Below, piece after piece: positions 63,608 to 64,000 of a DNA stretch of 64,000 bases. Below the pieces are notes generated by a model. The model worked only from the letters and a program-made list of their open reading frames with translations. It did no database searches and had not been told where the DNA came from. This stretch comes from Gammaproteobacteria bacterium (GTDB taxonomy: Bacteria > Pseudomonadota > Gammaproteobacteria > UBA4575). The stretch lies in NCBI GenBank assembly GCA_965222615.1, contig CBDCUI010000009.1:192001-256000 (forward strand), in the 5' to 3' direction. The position numbers and the translations under genes are program-made. Every line of letters starts with the position of its first letter. Positions within the stretch are counted from its first letter, which is position 1.

Positions 63608-64000
63608 TCACATAAGCGCAAAGTTCGGATCATATTCACTTTCATCTCGCAACATTGCAAATGCCATACGCACGGTTTTATTCGCCAGTGCGACAGCGGC
63701 CACATTCGTATGTTTGGTTTTAGAAAGATGCGTGACCCACTGACTCAATCGATCCTCTTTATGTTTCGCTTGCGAGACGACAGCCCTTGCTCCGTGAATG
63801 AGTAAGGTGCGCAGATAGGCATCGCCGCGTTTACTGATTTCCAGTAAACGCTCTTTATTGCCTGAACTGTGTTGTCTGGGGGTTAAGCCTAAGGCTGCCG
63901 CCATCTGGCGACTGCTCTTGTATTGTTTGGCATCGCCTACCGTGGCAATCAATGCTGTGGCCACCATCGGCCCGACCCCTCGTAGCTGTTGTAGACGCTT
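63608..64000 (-). CDS. IS110 family transposase, C-terminal part (start outside the window)
   Basis: GVGPMVATA, LGLTPRQHSSG, ISKRGDAYLRTLLIHGAR, ALANK. Confidence 0.92.
   Translation of the reverse strand, partial: KRLQQLRGVGPMVATALIATVGDAKQYKSSRQMAAALGLTPRQHSSGNKERLLEISKRGDAYLRTLLIHGARAVVSQAKHKEDRLSQWVTHLSKTKHTNVAAVALANKTVRMAFAMLRDESEYDPNFALM

Larger units (their letters stand above)
63310..64000 (-). mobile_element. second, different IS110 (IS1111 group) element; right part only
   Basis: Right end on the minus strand GGAGGGAGGCCAT-ATA-CG, ~295-bp non-coding end, transposase C-terminus. Confidence 0.88.

Overview
AT-rich (roughly 40% GC) bacterial DNA, most likely a gammaproteobacterium. 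Bases 1-40.7 kb are a methylated-amine (C1) island. It carries the N-methylglutamate pathway (gmaS, mgsABC, mgdABCD), fhs/folD, a Tat-exported ABC transporter and an uncharacterised cytoplasmic molybdoenzyme. It also has a trimethylamine dehydrogenase operon (tmd, membrane heme-b/Fe-S CCG oxidoreductase, helical-repeat protein, etfBA), a porin, a soluble NarX/NarL-like pair, a degenerate PAS-GGDEF-EAL protein, a stand-alone GcvT, a GATase, ribBA and an FMN reductase. Bases 41-52 kb are mixed housekeeping genes (fur, P450, ExeA-FHA, yadGH-like ABC, M17 peptidase, dusA, glycosyltransferase pair, FadL). A 2840-aa DUF11-repeat/OmpA/beta-barrel surface protein follows. The window ends with two different IS110/IS1111-type elements. 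Their non-coding right ends contain directly readable bridge-RNA-like target and donor guides. Both are inserted into copies of the same short palindromic site (AATGTCCGCT...AGCGGACA), and these copies bracket a small ORF like a gene cassette. Family assignments come from recognised motifs and recalled reference sequences, not from database searches.
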